Translations under genes and position numbers: made by a program
The notes under the pieces: generated by a model
Told to the model about the DNA's origin: nothing
The model's database searches: none
What the model saw: the letters and a program-made list of their open reading frames with translations, nothing else
Part shown: piece after piece, positions 1 to 13,606 of the stretch
Layout: each line of letters opens with the position of its first letter
How positions within the stretch are numbered: the stretch's first letter is position 1
Origin: Mantamonas sphyraenae STR306
Taxonomy: Eukaryota > Protista > CRuMs
DNA length: 64,000 nt
Direction: 5' to 3'
NCBI GenBank assembly: GCA_026936335.1
Contig: JAPMXV010000063.1
Coordinates: 62,001-126,000 of the forward strand

Positions 1-2826
1 GCCCTTGCCCTTGTTCTTGAACAGAGACGATTTGAGGGAAGACACAAGCTTGTCCATGCCCTCCTGTCCCCCGCTCTTTCCTCCTTTCCCTCCCTTGTCC
101 TTTCCACCGTTCTCCTCCACACGCCGTCGTTTCCTGTCTCCTCCCTCGCCTGCATGAGCACCACCCCTTCCACCACCCCTTCCACCTCGTCCACCACCCC
201 TTCCACCTCGTCCACCTCCTCGTCCACCACCTCGTCCACCACCTCGTCCACCACCCCTTCCACACCCTCCCACCACCCCTTCCACCCCTCCCACCACCCC
301 TGCCACCACCTCGTCCACCCCATCCACCACCCTCTTCCCTCTCCTCCCTGCTTCGTTTCCTCTGCGCCGCTCGCTTCTCCATGATCTGCTCCCGCACGTA
401 CAACGCCTTGCGGTTCTCCACCGAAAACTCCATGATGGGACGCCACTGGTCACCCAACACATGTGGGTTGTTGTTCAACGCACGCAACACCGCCAATGCC
501 TCCTCGTGACTGCCACAATCCACAAACCCAAACCCACGTGCCTTGGCCTTGCCCGTGGTTTTGTCCTTGCGTCGCGGATCCCTCTCCACCTTGGCCTCCT
601 TCACCTGTACAGTGAACCCCTGCTTCTCCGCCACGTCCTGGATAAGATTGCGCATTCCCTGTTCGTCCATGTCTCGCGGCAGATTCCTCCACGACAGACG
701 CGTGGGCGACACAAAGAAGTTGGGGTTGCCCAGCTTCTCCATCTTGCTCTTCTGTGCCCGCATGCGCTTCTCCATGTACTCCTGTGGCAGAGATTGACCC
801 AATTCACTCTGTGGATCGATGTTGCCCTCGTCGGCCAGGTACAGGTTGCGTTTGTCCTGTGCCTTGCGCTTGTTCTTGCCCGTGGCCTTCAGTTCCGCCG
901 CACGTTCCCGATCCACAGCAAGCACCACCGACAGCACACGTCCACCCAATCGAATGCCCCCATCTGCTCCTGCGTGTTCCACCGTCTGTGCTTTGACTCC
1001 CTTTTCCTCACGCTTGCGCCGCAGCTTGTTCATCTTGCTTTGGAACCCGTCCTCCTCCTCATCCTCCTCCTCATCATCATCATCATCATCCTCATCCTCA
1101 TCAGCGTCATCAAAGCGACTGTGTTGCTTGCGTGTGCTCCTCCCCTCTGCCTCTGCCAGACACGCCTCTACACCGTCTTTGTTGGCAAATTGCACAAAGG
1201 CCATGCCCCGGGAACGCCCGCTTTCCTTGTCCACCAACACCTTGCACAGCTTGACCCGGCCAAACTCTTCAAACGCCTCTCGAACCTCCTCTTCACTGTT
1301 GTCATACGACAGATTGCGCACAAACACCGTCTGGCCTTCGTTCACATCGTTGTATCGCTTCTTCTTGTGATCGTCGTCCTCATCATCCTCATCATCCTCG
1401 TCCTCATCCTCATCATCCTCATCATCCTCATCATCCTCATCATCCTCCTCATCCTCATCATCCTCCTCATCATCCTCCTCATCCTCATCATCGCCTTCGA
1501 TGGCCATATCCCCCTTCTTCTTCTCATACTCCTCGCGTGCAACACACCAATCCACCGCAATGGGTCTGCTCTTCAACTTGGCCCCATTGAGCTTGTTCAG
1601 TGCCTGGATGGCATCCTTCATGACCGCAAACTGCACAAAGGCAAACCCTCGAAACAGGCCCCGGGCATCCTTGGGCATGACAATCTCGCTGATGTACCCA
1701 AACCGCCCAAACAGGGCCTGCAACTGTTTCTCCTTGACCCGAAAGGCCAGGTTGCGCACAATCAAACGACACTTCTTGGGTTTGGGTTCCTCCATGAAGC
1801 GTACCGTCACCTTGTTGCCTCCAAACGTCTTGCCATCCATGCGTTCCCACGCCGCACGTGCATCCGCAATGCTATCGTACTCCACCACCGCCTGGTTGGG
1901 TGAACGTCGTTCCATACTCACCACCTTGACCCCTCCCTTCTTGGCCCTGTTTTCCACTGTTTTGTCCTTTGTCTTGCGTCCCATGCCGTCAATCACCAGC
2001 GTCCGTCTTGCCCTGCGTGACTCGTACATCGCCACTCCGCTCTTCACACTGCCCTTCACATGCGACTCGTCCTTTCCCTCATCCTCATCCTCGTCCTCAT
2101 TCCCATCCTCGTCACTCTCCTCGCTGTCGCTCCCGTCCTCATCGTCCTCGTCCTCGTCCTCGTTCTGTTTGCCCAGTCCGCTGAAATCCCTTTCGCTGCT
2201 AAACTGCTTGCTATCCATTTGTCTGTCGATGCGTTGCTTCCATCGCACCTCGTGTGTCGCCCTATGCTTTGCAATCTCCACACGGATCATGCGTCCGCCC
2301 ACCATGTGTCCGTCCAGTTGTGCCACCGCCTCCTTTGCATCCGCCACCAGCGCACTGTGCCCCTCACGCCCCCACGCACATGTTCCGCAGCCACGTCAGC
2401 CTCTCCTACCATGCATACACACTCTCACAATGCCCATCCTCCCACCTTGGGCCCTTTCCTCCCATTATCCGCCATCAACTTACAACTGCACATAGCCAAA
2501 CTCTCGTGACTGCCGTGTCTCTGGGTCTGTGCATGTACAACAAATCCAGTGGGCGCCCGGCACTCGACGGTGTCAACACGTGGCTTCCGCACACACACAC
2601 ACACGCACACACACTGCCTCTCACATCCCACACAAAACATACCACTGACCACGAAACAGCGTCGGATGGGTCCCACATCGCTGAACAGCTCGCCCAGCTG
2701 CTGCGAAGTCAGTTCGCTGGGCAGAAGCCGCACCACCACCGTGCTTCCACTGGTGTCCTCCTGGGCATTGTTGTTGTTGTTGCCACCCTCCTGCTCTTTG
2801 CTTTTGCCACCCTTCTTCTTGCCCAT
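1..2826 (-). CDS. RBM28: Nucleolar multi-RRM protein RBM28/Nop4 (spliced; 3' end runs off the window start)
   Basis: ATG at 2826 (MGKKKGG...TVVVRLLPSELTSQQLGELFSDVGPIRRCFVV). Minus-strand translation gives further RRMs (CRLIVRNLAF...RGFAFVQF...PIAVDW; TVFVRNLSYD...SRGMAFVQF), DKRNLYLADEG, NPNFFVSPTRLSWRNLP and RPIMEFSVEN, all typical of Nop4. Acidic linkers and a GGRGG-rich tail at about 160-330. Confidence 0.9.
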
Positions 2827-2958
2827 GGGAGGTGTCACTAAGTGTGTGTGTGTGTTGCTTGCCCTCGCGCTGCGGCTGCCAAAGCGAAAAACAAACCGGC
2901 CAACCCATTGACCTGCTCACCCCACACACACACACCCCTCCACACACACACATTCACA

Positions 2959-5572
2959 ATGTCATCGGAGGCTGTGGTGCCCAGTTGGGTGATTGGAGTT
3001 ATGGCCTCGCTGGTGGGTAGCACCCTTCTGAATCTGGGCATGAACGTGCAAAAGTACTCCCACATGAAGAACCTTGCCTTGCCCGACAGCCAGCAGGTGC
3101 CCGAGTACAAACAAACCCTTTGGGTGGTTGGTATGTTCAACAATCCACCCTCCCTCTCCTCCTCCCACCCCCAACCCCCAACCTCCTCCCTCCGTCCCAA
3201 TGCCCCCGCCCTTCCCTCTTTCAAACCCGCGGTGGCTTCCGGCGGAAACGGGTCGAAACGCTCCATCGTGTTTGTCACCGTCCTCCCTGCCTCTACAGCA
3301 TCACAGACAGGACAGGACGCCTGTTTGTGCTTCCATTGCTTACACTCACACGCATTGGTGCCCATGTGCAGGTTTCGTCATGTTTGTGGTGGGCAATCTG
3401 GGCGATTTGGTGGCGCTGGGCTTTGCAGCTCAGTCGCTGATCGCGCCCCTTGGTTCCGTCTCCCTCCTCAGCAACGCCATCATTGCACCCATTTTCCTTG
3501 GGGAACGCTTCACCATCAAAGACGCTGTGGCCACAGTGTTTATTGTCGCCGGTGCCACCCTCACTGTGGTGTTTGGCGCCAAAGAGGAGACGCGTGAGTT
3601 TTCCTGTGCCCTTTTTCCCGCTTTTCATTCACGCCCCCCGCCTTCTGGCGCCTTCCATTGTTTTGCGTTTGCACAGGCCATGTCACTGACAACACGCCGT
3701 GTGCGACCATGGCAACGGTGCCACTGTGCAGAGTACACACTTGCGGAGTTGCTTGCCCTGTACAGCAACGTGGGCTTCATCATCTATGCCGTGTTTGTAG
3801 CCGTCATTGTCATCGGCCTGTATGCCGGCGTGCGCGTGGCTCGCGTGCGTCTGGCCGAATTGGGCGGTGTGCACACCCAAGACCCATTGGGTCAACGCTG
3901 GCGTGTGTTCCTGCCCTTTGGGTTTGCAGCCCTGGGTGGCATCATTGGCTCACAGACGGTGTTGACGGCTAAGAGTGCCGCCGAGCTGGTCAAGGTCTCC
4001 CTGCAAGGCGACAACCAATTTGTGTATCCATTCACCTATGTCATCATCCTCGTGGTGGCTGTCACCGCCATCACACAGGTCCATTGGATCAATGAGGGTC
4101 TCAAGCACTTTGACGCCCTGTACATCATTCCCGTGTTTTTCGTGGTGTGGACCCTTTTTTCCATCCTGGGAGGCAACCTGTACTTTGACGAATTCAAGTC
4201 GTTTGACGAACTCCAGTCCGGCATGTTTGCCCTGGGCGTCATTCTCACTTGCGTCGGTGTGTTCCTCCTCTCGGATCGCAACGAGGAGGCAAACGCATCC
4301 CTGTCCTCGGGGCAAGACGAAATTGGTGAGTGTCCCACACACACACACACACGGCACAACCTCCCACCCAAACCAAGAAAACTCACACACACGCACCCAC
4401 ACACACACAACACACTCTCTCTCTTCGCATCACATCACATCACAGAACTAATGGAACGGGAGGCAGTGGAAGCCGAACGTGCCAATGCAACCAAGAAGCG
4501 AGCCAACTCGCTTGGCTCTCAACTGCGCATCGATCTGGACAAGCCTCTGTCGCCGCGTGAACAGCACCAACAGGACAAGGAGAGTGGTGTGACAGGTACA
4601 GTGGTGGCCGCAGCACAATCAGCAGGTGGACGCTTGCGTGCGCTGAGTGCAGGGGCACGCAAACACAAGAAGCCGCAGGATGGATCGGCATCGGGGATGA
4701 CAGTGACGGTGGGCAAGCATGGTGCTGCTGCTGATGACCATCATGCCATGACACCCAAGAGTGACTCGTCGGAAGTGGGCATCTTGGATCCGGAGGAGGA
4801 CGACGCCGTAGATGTGCGTCAGGGACAGCAAGCTGTGCGTGCAGCACGCAGGCAGGTGTCTGTGGTCAACACCAAGAACGAAACCAAGAAGCGAACGGGG
4901 TCGGTGGATGCGGAACCGGTGTTGCACAAGTATGCACCGGGATTCCATTTTGACGAGGACGAGGCGCCACAATTCTTTCGGCGCAAGACGCCCGTGCACA
5001 CCGCACACCGTGCGCTGTCACCCATCACACCCACACCGGACGAACTCGTGCCCTGCAAACAGGACGAGGCAGAGTATTTCACTGTGGTGGAGAAGCGCAC
5101 GCAAACCTTCCCACCCATCTCGCCCGAAAAGGGCCGCAACAACAACAACAACAACAACAACAACGAGGAGGGACATAGCAACAGCAACAGACATAATCAT
5201 GATCACCACGAAGATGCACAGCAGGAGGACGGCGGACAGGAGGCTCAGGAGAGCGAGCTGGAAACGGAGGAGCAGGCCAGGAGGAGGTCACGTGCATCCA
5301 CACTCGATGAGCTCATGCAACCAGCAAAGCCATTGAGCAGTTCCATGGACGCAGTGGACCCGGAGCTGGGTGACATCACAAACGTCGATTCGCCCTCGCT
5401 GCCGGGCAAGCTCATCACCGATCGCCACAACACCCCGGAACCCACGCGCAACAACAACACTCAGAGCAATGACGTGTCGTCGTCGACTGCTGCCGTGTTT
5501 TCGTCTCCCCCTCCCCTTGGTTCGCTTGCGCAGCCACTGGGAGACAATGGAGAGGAATCCAGCGAAGCGTAG
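2959..5572 (+). CDS. NIPA-family magnesium transporter with long disordered C-tail (3 introns)
   Basis: LLNLGMNVQKYSH, W.VG|FVMFVVGNLGDLVALGFAAQSLIAPLGSVSLLSNAIIAPIFLGE, QVHWINEGLKHFDALYIIPVFFVVW and GGNLYFDEF; GT-AG introns near 3131, 3594 and 4326. Confidence 0.9.
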
Positions 5573-5627
5573 TGCGTGTGTGTCAATCATATCCATTCCC
5601 AATTCGCAATCATCATCATTTTTGTTG

Positions 5628-7614
5628 TCAATCCAACTCTTGGTCGTTGTCCCCTGCTGTCTCTGTCACACTGTCATCCTCAGCAGTGGTGTCCAGAACA
5701 CCAGCCTCCGCCAACAGAGCATCGACGTCGTCCAGCTGTGTGTCGTCGTCTGCTGTTTCGTCGGCCACAATGCGAGCTATGGAATCCACTTGCAGGGTTC
5801 GCCGTGTGCCAAAGATGAGATCGAAGCAGGCGTCGATGTGGGGAAGAAAATGGCCGACAAAGAGCTGGCAGAACAACTCGAAATTGCTGCGCTGCCGCTC
5901 GTCCATACGCTCACGGTTGTCCTCCGCAAACATCTTGAGTGCGTTTGCAGTGTGTGTGAGAGCATCACGCAGATGGGATGCCATGGTGCTGCGCAGGCTG
6001 ATGGGGGCACACAGGCGAATCTGGTTGAACACCTGCACGAGATCGTTTGTGAGGTGGGCCAGACTGGTGAATTGCAACAATGCAATCGGCGGTGCGTTGT
6101 CACTCTGCATGCCACGCGCCTCAAACGAGCTGAGATCCTTGGGTAGAGGGGTGAACGAGGCAAAGTCCATGCCGTTGACAAACCGCACGGTGGCGTTGGT
6201 CACATTCGAGGCAAATAAGTGAAAGATGGTGCGTTCAAAGTAAGGAATGAGCAGCGATCGCAAATCCATGCCCACCCGCGCCAAACTGGCTGCAAACCCC
6301 ATGCACGACTCGAGTTGGTTTGCAATCTGAGCGCCGTCGCTCAACTGCCTGAGCAACGAGTCCAGGGCATAAAGGTATGCCGTGACACGCTGATTAATCC
6401 AGGAGAACAAGAGGGAAGCCTTGGGTGAGAGTAGCATGGCGTTGACACCTGTGGAGGATGAGGATTGGCCGAAAATGGCGCCGTAGTTGCGCACAATGCT
6501 CGCCAGTTGCTTTTTGTACACGCTGGTCAGGTTGATGAGATACAGGTTGGCATCGTCCATGGGAATGGCATCCAAAGCACTCTGCAGTGCCATGTCGCGG
6601 TGTTTGATAAACGTCAACTTGAGCTGCGCCTCGGTGTAGCGATCGAGACGTCGAAGAAAGGTGACAATCTGCACACACTCGCTGAGTTGGATTTTCGGGG
6701 AACGAAGACGGGACAAGAGTTGCAACTCCATCTGTCGGGTGCACTTGGCCACCTCCTGTCCAATGTCCTGGATGATGTGCAGGTCATGGTGCACCCTCTG
6801 CAACCGTGCCACAAACGACTCCAGCTCCAGAGCGTCGTCGTAGCATTCGTTCTTCACAAACGCATCCATCAACAATGGGATTTCCAGGATTTCCATCAAC
6901 TGCTGATGGCATTGCAGCGTCAGCTTGGCTGTGCGACGGCGCCGTCCAATGTCGTCTGCTTCGTTCAGGAACTCCGCCGTGTGTTCCTCCAGCACAGGCA
7001 GGTTTTCGTTCAATGCCAGCAGCCGTTGCTTGACCGTGTGTACCTATGTGGGCATGGCGGGTGGGTGAGGGTGGGGGAGAGGAGAAGTGTGGGGTTGGTA
7101 CACGGAGGGGGGGGGTGGGAGTGTGGGAGGAGAGGCGGAATCCCTCTCAACGCCCCGTGGACGGGGAGATAGACACAATGGGGTCTGGTACGGCTGATGG
7201 AAGCATGCGCATGCAAACGGATGTGCAGATGGTGCATATGTGTGGAGTGGAGGGGAGAGAGTGGATGCGTGGAGGGGGTGGGGCAAAATTCCACTCCTCA
7301 TCACTCACCTCGCTTTTGATGTCCTTGACACTGTCTGCCGTCTGTACAAACGCCTTGCTGTGTCGGAAGCACAGCTCCTCCAGCTCTGTTTGGATGCTGT
7401 GGATTTCATTCTGCAAACGCGAGGGTTCGGATTGCAGGCGTTCGACCGAGTACGAGCTGAGTTCAGTGAGATAGGCCTCGTTGGCTGCGGCCATCATGCT
7501 GCCGCCGCCGCTGCTGCTGCCGCTGTTGCCACTTGTGTCACCGGCAAGCTCGTCCAACAGGTCGGCCATGGGATCATCGGCCGCCTGCAGCTCGTCTGCA
7601 ATGAGGGAGAGCAT
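5628..7614 (-). CDS. COG8: Conserved oligomeric Golgi complex subunit 8 (Dor1 family), 1 intron
   Basis: YLTELSSYSVERLQSEPSRL...LEELCFRHSKAF in exon 1; LMEILEIPLLMDAFVKNECYDDALEL and SLARVGMDLR in exon 2. Confidence 0.9.
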
Positions 7615-7680
7615 GAGACGAGTGTGTTTGTGCTGGCCGGGACGGCGGCCGTGGCGCCAAACCGAAGCAACGAACGAACG

Positions 7681-10514
7681 ATGCCCCAGCCGCGGATTGA
7701 CCCGATCGATTGGGCCAACCAACGGCGGGAGAAACTTGCCAAGGCACGTGCAATCAAGGAGCAGCGGAAAATGGGGGAAGAGGTGGTGCCTGTGGACGGG
7801 GAAGAGGAGTTGAGTGCGTCGCGGAGCCAACTGAGCAGCCGAGGAGGCGGAGGAAACGGTTCCAGGCGCAACTCCAGGAGCGTTCGGACGCTGATGTACG
7901 CGGAGGACAGCGATGAGGAGGAGGAGGGTGGCATGGACATGGGCAGCATGAGTGTGGGAGGCATGGGAGCAGGCACCCCAGCCTCACAGGGGTCCAGTGT
8001 GAGTGTGACGCGGCATCGAAAGGCGAGTGCAGGGAGCACGAAACGCACCGGCACGAGTCGCAAGGGCCCCACACCGCCACCGGGGGCACGCTCACGCAAC
8101 AGCAGCGCAGGAAGGGAGCGTGGGGAGGAGTCGAACCGTGGGGAAGGCATGGTGACGGGTCGTGGAGGCAGTGGACGAGCAGGCAAGGGGACGACGAGTG
8201 GAGGCGGAGGCGGAGGCGGGAATCCCACCTCCCGATACACCCTGGCACAGTACTACGAAGACATCGAAAAGGTGATGCGATCGCCAAGTGGCACAGGAGG
8301 GTCCAATGGACGCACACAGAGCCGTGGCGGTGCTGGGGGCCAGAGCACACGAGGTGGTGGAGCCGGAAGTTTGGCGTCGCAGTACGAAGCGTACCGGCCG
8401 AACACGGCGGCAACGCAGGCTGCGTTTGCGTCCATGCAGGGCCACGGACAGGGACGAAACACACACACATCACATGGAAGCAACCCAGGCAATCTGAGTG
8501 CACGCAGTTACTTTGCAGATGCAAATGGGGGCCACTCTACGGGGCAAGGGGAGACGCGCGCCAATGCCACGCAACGGTACAAGATGACCTACCAGAGCCA
8601 TATCCAGGACGAGGAGGAACGCGCGGCGGGGCACGCAGGGTTGGGTTCACGCACAGCACGTGGGAGCATTGATAGCACGCATGGGGACGACGGAGGGTTC
8701 CTGCTTGCTGGTGTGGGCGACGTGAAACGACTTGATGCAGAGGTGCGTTTTTTTCCAGATGGAAGAAGCAGGGGCTGAGGGCGACAAGGGGACGGGTGAT
8801 GGGTATCATGACTGACACACACACACCCACACACACACACACATGTACACGCACACACACACACGCATGTACACTACACTGAGCACAGCTGGCCAAGGCG
8901 TTGCTGGGAGCCTTGCTGAAGGAAGAGCCGGAGCTGCTTCCGTCGCTGAACCGGTGCTTGCTGCGACTGATCCGCACACATGTGTTTAAGAAACATGAAG
9001 AGGGAGGAGGAGGAGGAGGCAATGGGTCGATGAGTGCACGTGCACAGTCACGTGGCGGTGGTGGTGGCGGCGTTGGTGGGCCGCTGGCATCGCCGCGTCG
9101 AGGCGGAGGCAGACCTGTGACTGCAGCGGGAGGTCTGCTGAGTAGGATGAACAGCGAACAGGGAATGATGATGAGGACACAGGGCAAACAAGGAGGGGCA
9201 GGTGGACAGCAGGGGATGGGGGGACAGACATCATCAGGGGTGCAGGGAGGTGCAGGGGTGGAAACGAAGCGAAAGGCACGCTCAGCAGGACCACATGGGA
9301 CGTTGGAACGGGAACAGATCCGCAGACGCAACCAGGAGGCACTGCAGAGGGAGCGGGAACAGAGGGCAGCAACAGAGGCAGCAAGGACATCGAGGAGGTA
9401 CAGTCCGCAGGATGAAGACGAGGAGGAGGAGGATGGTGATGATGAGGATGAGGAAGCAGAGGAGCAGGAGTATTATCAGGCACGTGCACGCAGGCAGCAG
9501 CAGGAGCAGGAGCAAGAAGAGAGGAGGCAGCAGAGGCAAAGGGAACAACGACGGGAGGAGATTCGACAGAGGAGGATGCAGAGGGAGAGAGAACGGATGG
9601 AGGAAGAAGAGCGAGAGGAACAGGAGAGGAGGAGACAGGAACAACAGCAGCAGCAGCAGCAGCAGAAGAATCAGCATAGAAGGAGAACACAGATGGCAAT
9701 GGGACCTCGCATGGACGACGATGACGACATGCGGGAACAGAGTGTGGACAGTGGAGGTGACGGAGGAGGGTACGACACACGGGGACCGGGCAGGCAGACA
9801 CTGTCGCCGGAGGAGTTTGACGATGTTCAGATGCAAGTGAGCAGGGATGCCAGTGAGTATGAGGAGCTGAAGGCCATGCAGGGTGGAATGGGTGGAAGGA
9901 TGAACACCACCACCTCCACCAGCACGACGATGATGGGTGAAGAACAACCTGTTGGTGGTGGTGGTGGTGGTCGCATGGGCATGGGCATGGGCATGGGCAT
10001 GGGTGGCATGGGTGGCATGGGTGCAGATGATGACATGGATGAGGAGATGCCCTCGGAACCGATGAACCGTGTGGAGTGTCCCGAGTGTGGACGCAAGTTT
10101 GCCGAGGAACGGCTTGCCAAGCATGCCAAGGTGTGCAAAAAGGTGTTTCAGACCAAACGCAAGCAGTTTGACGTGACCAAGATGCGTGTGCAGGGCACCG
10201 ATGCAGCCAAGTACGTGCACAAGGCCAAGGCAGCGAAGCAGGAGAAGAAGCCAACGAAGAAGAAGAACAGCAAGTGGAGGCGGGAACACGAAGAGTTTGT
10301 CAACCAGCTGCGTGCGGGACGAGGGGCACCTCCCATCAAGACAGGCGGTGGATCAGTCATGCCAGAAGGCATGGATGATGGGATGCCCAAGGATGACGGG
10401 CTCACACCGTGTCCCCACTGCGGGCGAACGTTCAACGAAACAGCCGCGGAGAAGCACATTCCCATTTGTGCCAAGGTGCGCAACAAGCCCAAGCGACTGC
10501 AGAGGAAGCGATGA
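7681..10514 (+). CDS. C2HC zinc-finger protein (ZC2HC1/FAM164-like) with long low-complexity N-terminus, 1 intron
   Basis: CPECGRKFAEERLAKHAKVC...KRKQFD...KWRREHEEF...CPHCGRTFNETAAEKHIPIC; intron about 8743-8888 joins ORFs 7240+ and 8901+. Confidence 0.8.
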
Positions 10515-10585
10515 ACAGGGTTGGTTGTGGTGGAGTGAGAGTGGAATGCAGTGAAGAGTCCGTTCTGCCAACCAAAATCCCCCCC

Positions 10586-11322
10586 ATGTCCAGCGGAAGC
10601 AATAAGGGTCACCAGGCCCATGGGACGGGGCGTAGGAAACCCAAGGCGACAAAGAGGCATGGAGTAGGCTCGTTGGATGCCATGAGTGTGGTGGGCAGCG
10701 TGGTGGGTGGCGGAAGCGACACGGTGAGCCGCTTGACCGGTGGAAGCGGCGGGGCGTCGTCACTGCTGGGTGGCAGTGGCAGTGCCAAGGGCTCGACACG
10801 AGTGAATGCAAACACACTGGCAGGCGCAGGAGACGCAGGAGGCAGTGTGGCATCATCGCCGTCGTCGTCACCCTCCAAAGGCAGCAGCAGCAAGAAGAAG
10901 AAGAAGAAAAAGACAAGGACGACGACGCGGACGGGCAGTCCCGTCCAGGTGGCCTTGTCGCTGAGAGACGTGGACAGCAGCACCGCAAGTGTGCTCAGTG
11001 GACATGGATCGGAAGGGGAGGGTGGACAGGAGAGTGGGAGCGACGTGGTGTCTGTGGCCAGCACGAGCAAGAGCGAAGCCAAGCGGCGTGTGTTGGAGGC
11101 AAGCGAGCAGCAAGTGGCACTGGAACGCAAAGTCAGGCTGCAAGCCACCCAGCTGTACGCACAGTCACAAAAGGCCATGGAGGCGGAGAAGCAACTCAAG
11201 CTGTGTCGGAATCTGATTGAACAGCAAGCTCCGCTGTTGCCCTGGCCGCTAACGGAGGTGCGTGGCGCGTTGCAACGGATTTTTTGGCGCGCGATTTGAA
11301 ATGGTTTTGGACTGACACAGAG

Positions 11323-11358
<36 letters not shown>

Positions 11359-13575
11359 CACCATACCACGCATTCAGGAAGCGGTGATGGAATTCCTGCA
11401 GTTTGCACATGCACGGGAGATGGAAGAAGGGATGCGAGAAGACATGGACGAGCAGGTGGAGGCGTTGCTGGAACACGGGGCAGAAAGTAGCAGCACGACT
11501 CAGCAGCAGCGGCGTGGTCAGTCATCGCATGAGGCAACGATGCAACGCGCATTGCGGGAGCAGAAACATGCACTGGAGGATTTGCAGGCGAGGTACAGTG
11601 ACCTGGAGGACAAGTACACACATAGGAACCGGCTGATGGTGCAGCTGCGTAACCAGCTGGAGACGCGTGAGAAGCAGCTGGAAGCAAGCAAGGCCAAGGA
11701 GGAGAAGAGCAGGGTGGCACGTATTGAGGCACACAAGGCATTGGAGGCAAGCAAGCACCAGGTGGCACGGTTGGAAAAGAGACTGATCCAGGGATTCCAC
11801 TTTGCAGAGCAGATGAAACGGAAGCAAGGCAAACAGGGCAGGCAAGGCAAGAACAAGGGCAACGCAGGAGGAGGAGCAGGATCATCATCGGTTCACGGGA
11901 GCCCCAGAAAGGGCGGCAAAGGGAAGCAAGAGGATAAGGAGGAGGAGGGGGAAGAAGAAGGAGTGTATGGATGGGGCGAGGTGAGCGAATTGGAAGACAG
12001 GCTTGCTGGACAGCTTGCAGAGCAGCAGGAGATCAACGCAGGTCTGTTGGAGGAGATGGGACGTGTCAAGGCGCAGATGGCATTGCAACTGGAAGAGATG
12101 GCGACGTGGCGCAGCCAGTTGGAGGAGGCTGCGGAGGAGAAGGAGGTGTTGTTGGACATGAACAATCAGGAGCGACACAGGGTGGAACAGCTGACGGCAA
12201 GGCTGCACGAGGCACAGACGGAAGCCACGCGGGCACGTGACAAGGAACGACGCACACGCGATCGATTGGATCACCTGCGCAGGGAGCAGCAATCGGTGGT
12301 GGAGGATGCCATGTTGTCGTCGTCGTCATCGTCGTCATCGTCCTTGTCGAGGTTGAATGCGTCGCGATCGTCGGTGATGACGTCTGCGTCTGCGTCGGAG
12401 ATGGAGGCGGCGTTGGCTGAGCAGCGCGAGACGATGCAGGCTGCGTTGGACGAGAGTGTGGCCGAGGTGGAACAGCTGCGTGGGGAGCAGGAGGTGGCCG
12501 AGGAGGAGCGTGCGGCGTTGGAACGCAGTGTGGGAGAGCTGGAAACGCAGCTGGAGTTTCGCAACGCACGCGTGGAGGCGCTGCAGAAGAGCGAGGCGCA
12601 GCTGCGCAGTTCGCTGATGCAGCTGACACAGAGCATGCGTGAGGCAAGAGAGAAGGAGCAGAAGGAGAGGCGTGCGTCGTTGCAGCGTGTGGTGGCATCG
12701 CAAGCAGACGCAGAACGAGCACGCGTGGCAGAGCTGGAGGCACAGATCAAGGCCCAACAGAAGGAAATCGAGGAGTACCAGGCTCACATGGTGGCCATGG
12801 CAGGAAAGGAGGAGGATGGTGGTGGTGGAGGCACCCACGCAGGTGGGGATGGAACCGGAGACGATGAGGCACATGAAGAGCTGGCGGTGCTGCGTGTGGA
12901 ACGCACACGTGCGGTAGACGAGGCCAGGAGGCATCGTGAGGAGAACGAACGATTGCGTGGGATTGTGAAGCAGCTGCGTGACGAGATGGGAGGCACGGGA
13001 ACCACGGATGGCGGTGTGAAGGAACAGTTGTTGCGTGAGGCGCAGGAACGCATTCAGGCGCTGGAGGAGCAGTTGGCCATGACGTACACCGACAGCAAGC
13101 AGGAAACGCAACACGACAATGCAATGCACGAGTCGCTGCGTGCTGAGAACAAAACAGCTGGTGGAACAGGTGCGCGAGGCACGCAAAGAGGCGGAGGAGC
13201 ACAGCGAAGAGGCAAAGGCCCTGAAGCAGCAACTGGCGTTTGCCAAACAGGAGGCACAGGCACAGAAGCAGCGTGTGTTGGATGTCAAAGAGTCGGAGGC
13301 TCATTTGCGGGAGCTGTTGCGATCAGGAGCAGCAGCAACAGGGGCGAGTGCAGGCGATGGAGACAGCAATGCGGCGGCAGAGTTGGAAGCCAGCCGACGC
13401 AACGAAAGCAAGCTGGCCGAAACGGTGCGGTTCCTGGAGAGCGAGGTGCGACAGGTGCGCGAGCTACGCCAGGTGGTAAAGAGGCAGGCAATGGCACTGC
13501 GGGCCATGGGAAGCGAGCCGATGGACATGGGGCTGATTGGAGGCGATTTGGAGACCGGTGGCGATGCACAGGGGA

Positions 13576-13606
<31 letters not shown>

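Noticed and set aside
160-330. Tandem CCACCA/CCTCGT repeats resembling an array or telomere
   Set aside because: They encode the GGRGG low-complexity tail of RBM28 on the minus strand; no spacers.
461-1903. 480-aa plus-strand ORF with long I/L runs suggesting a membrane protein
   Set aside because: Antisense shadow of the D/E-rich RBM28 linker.
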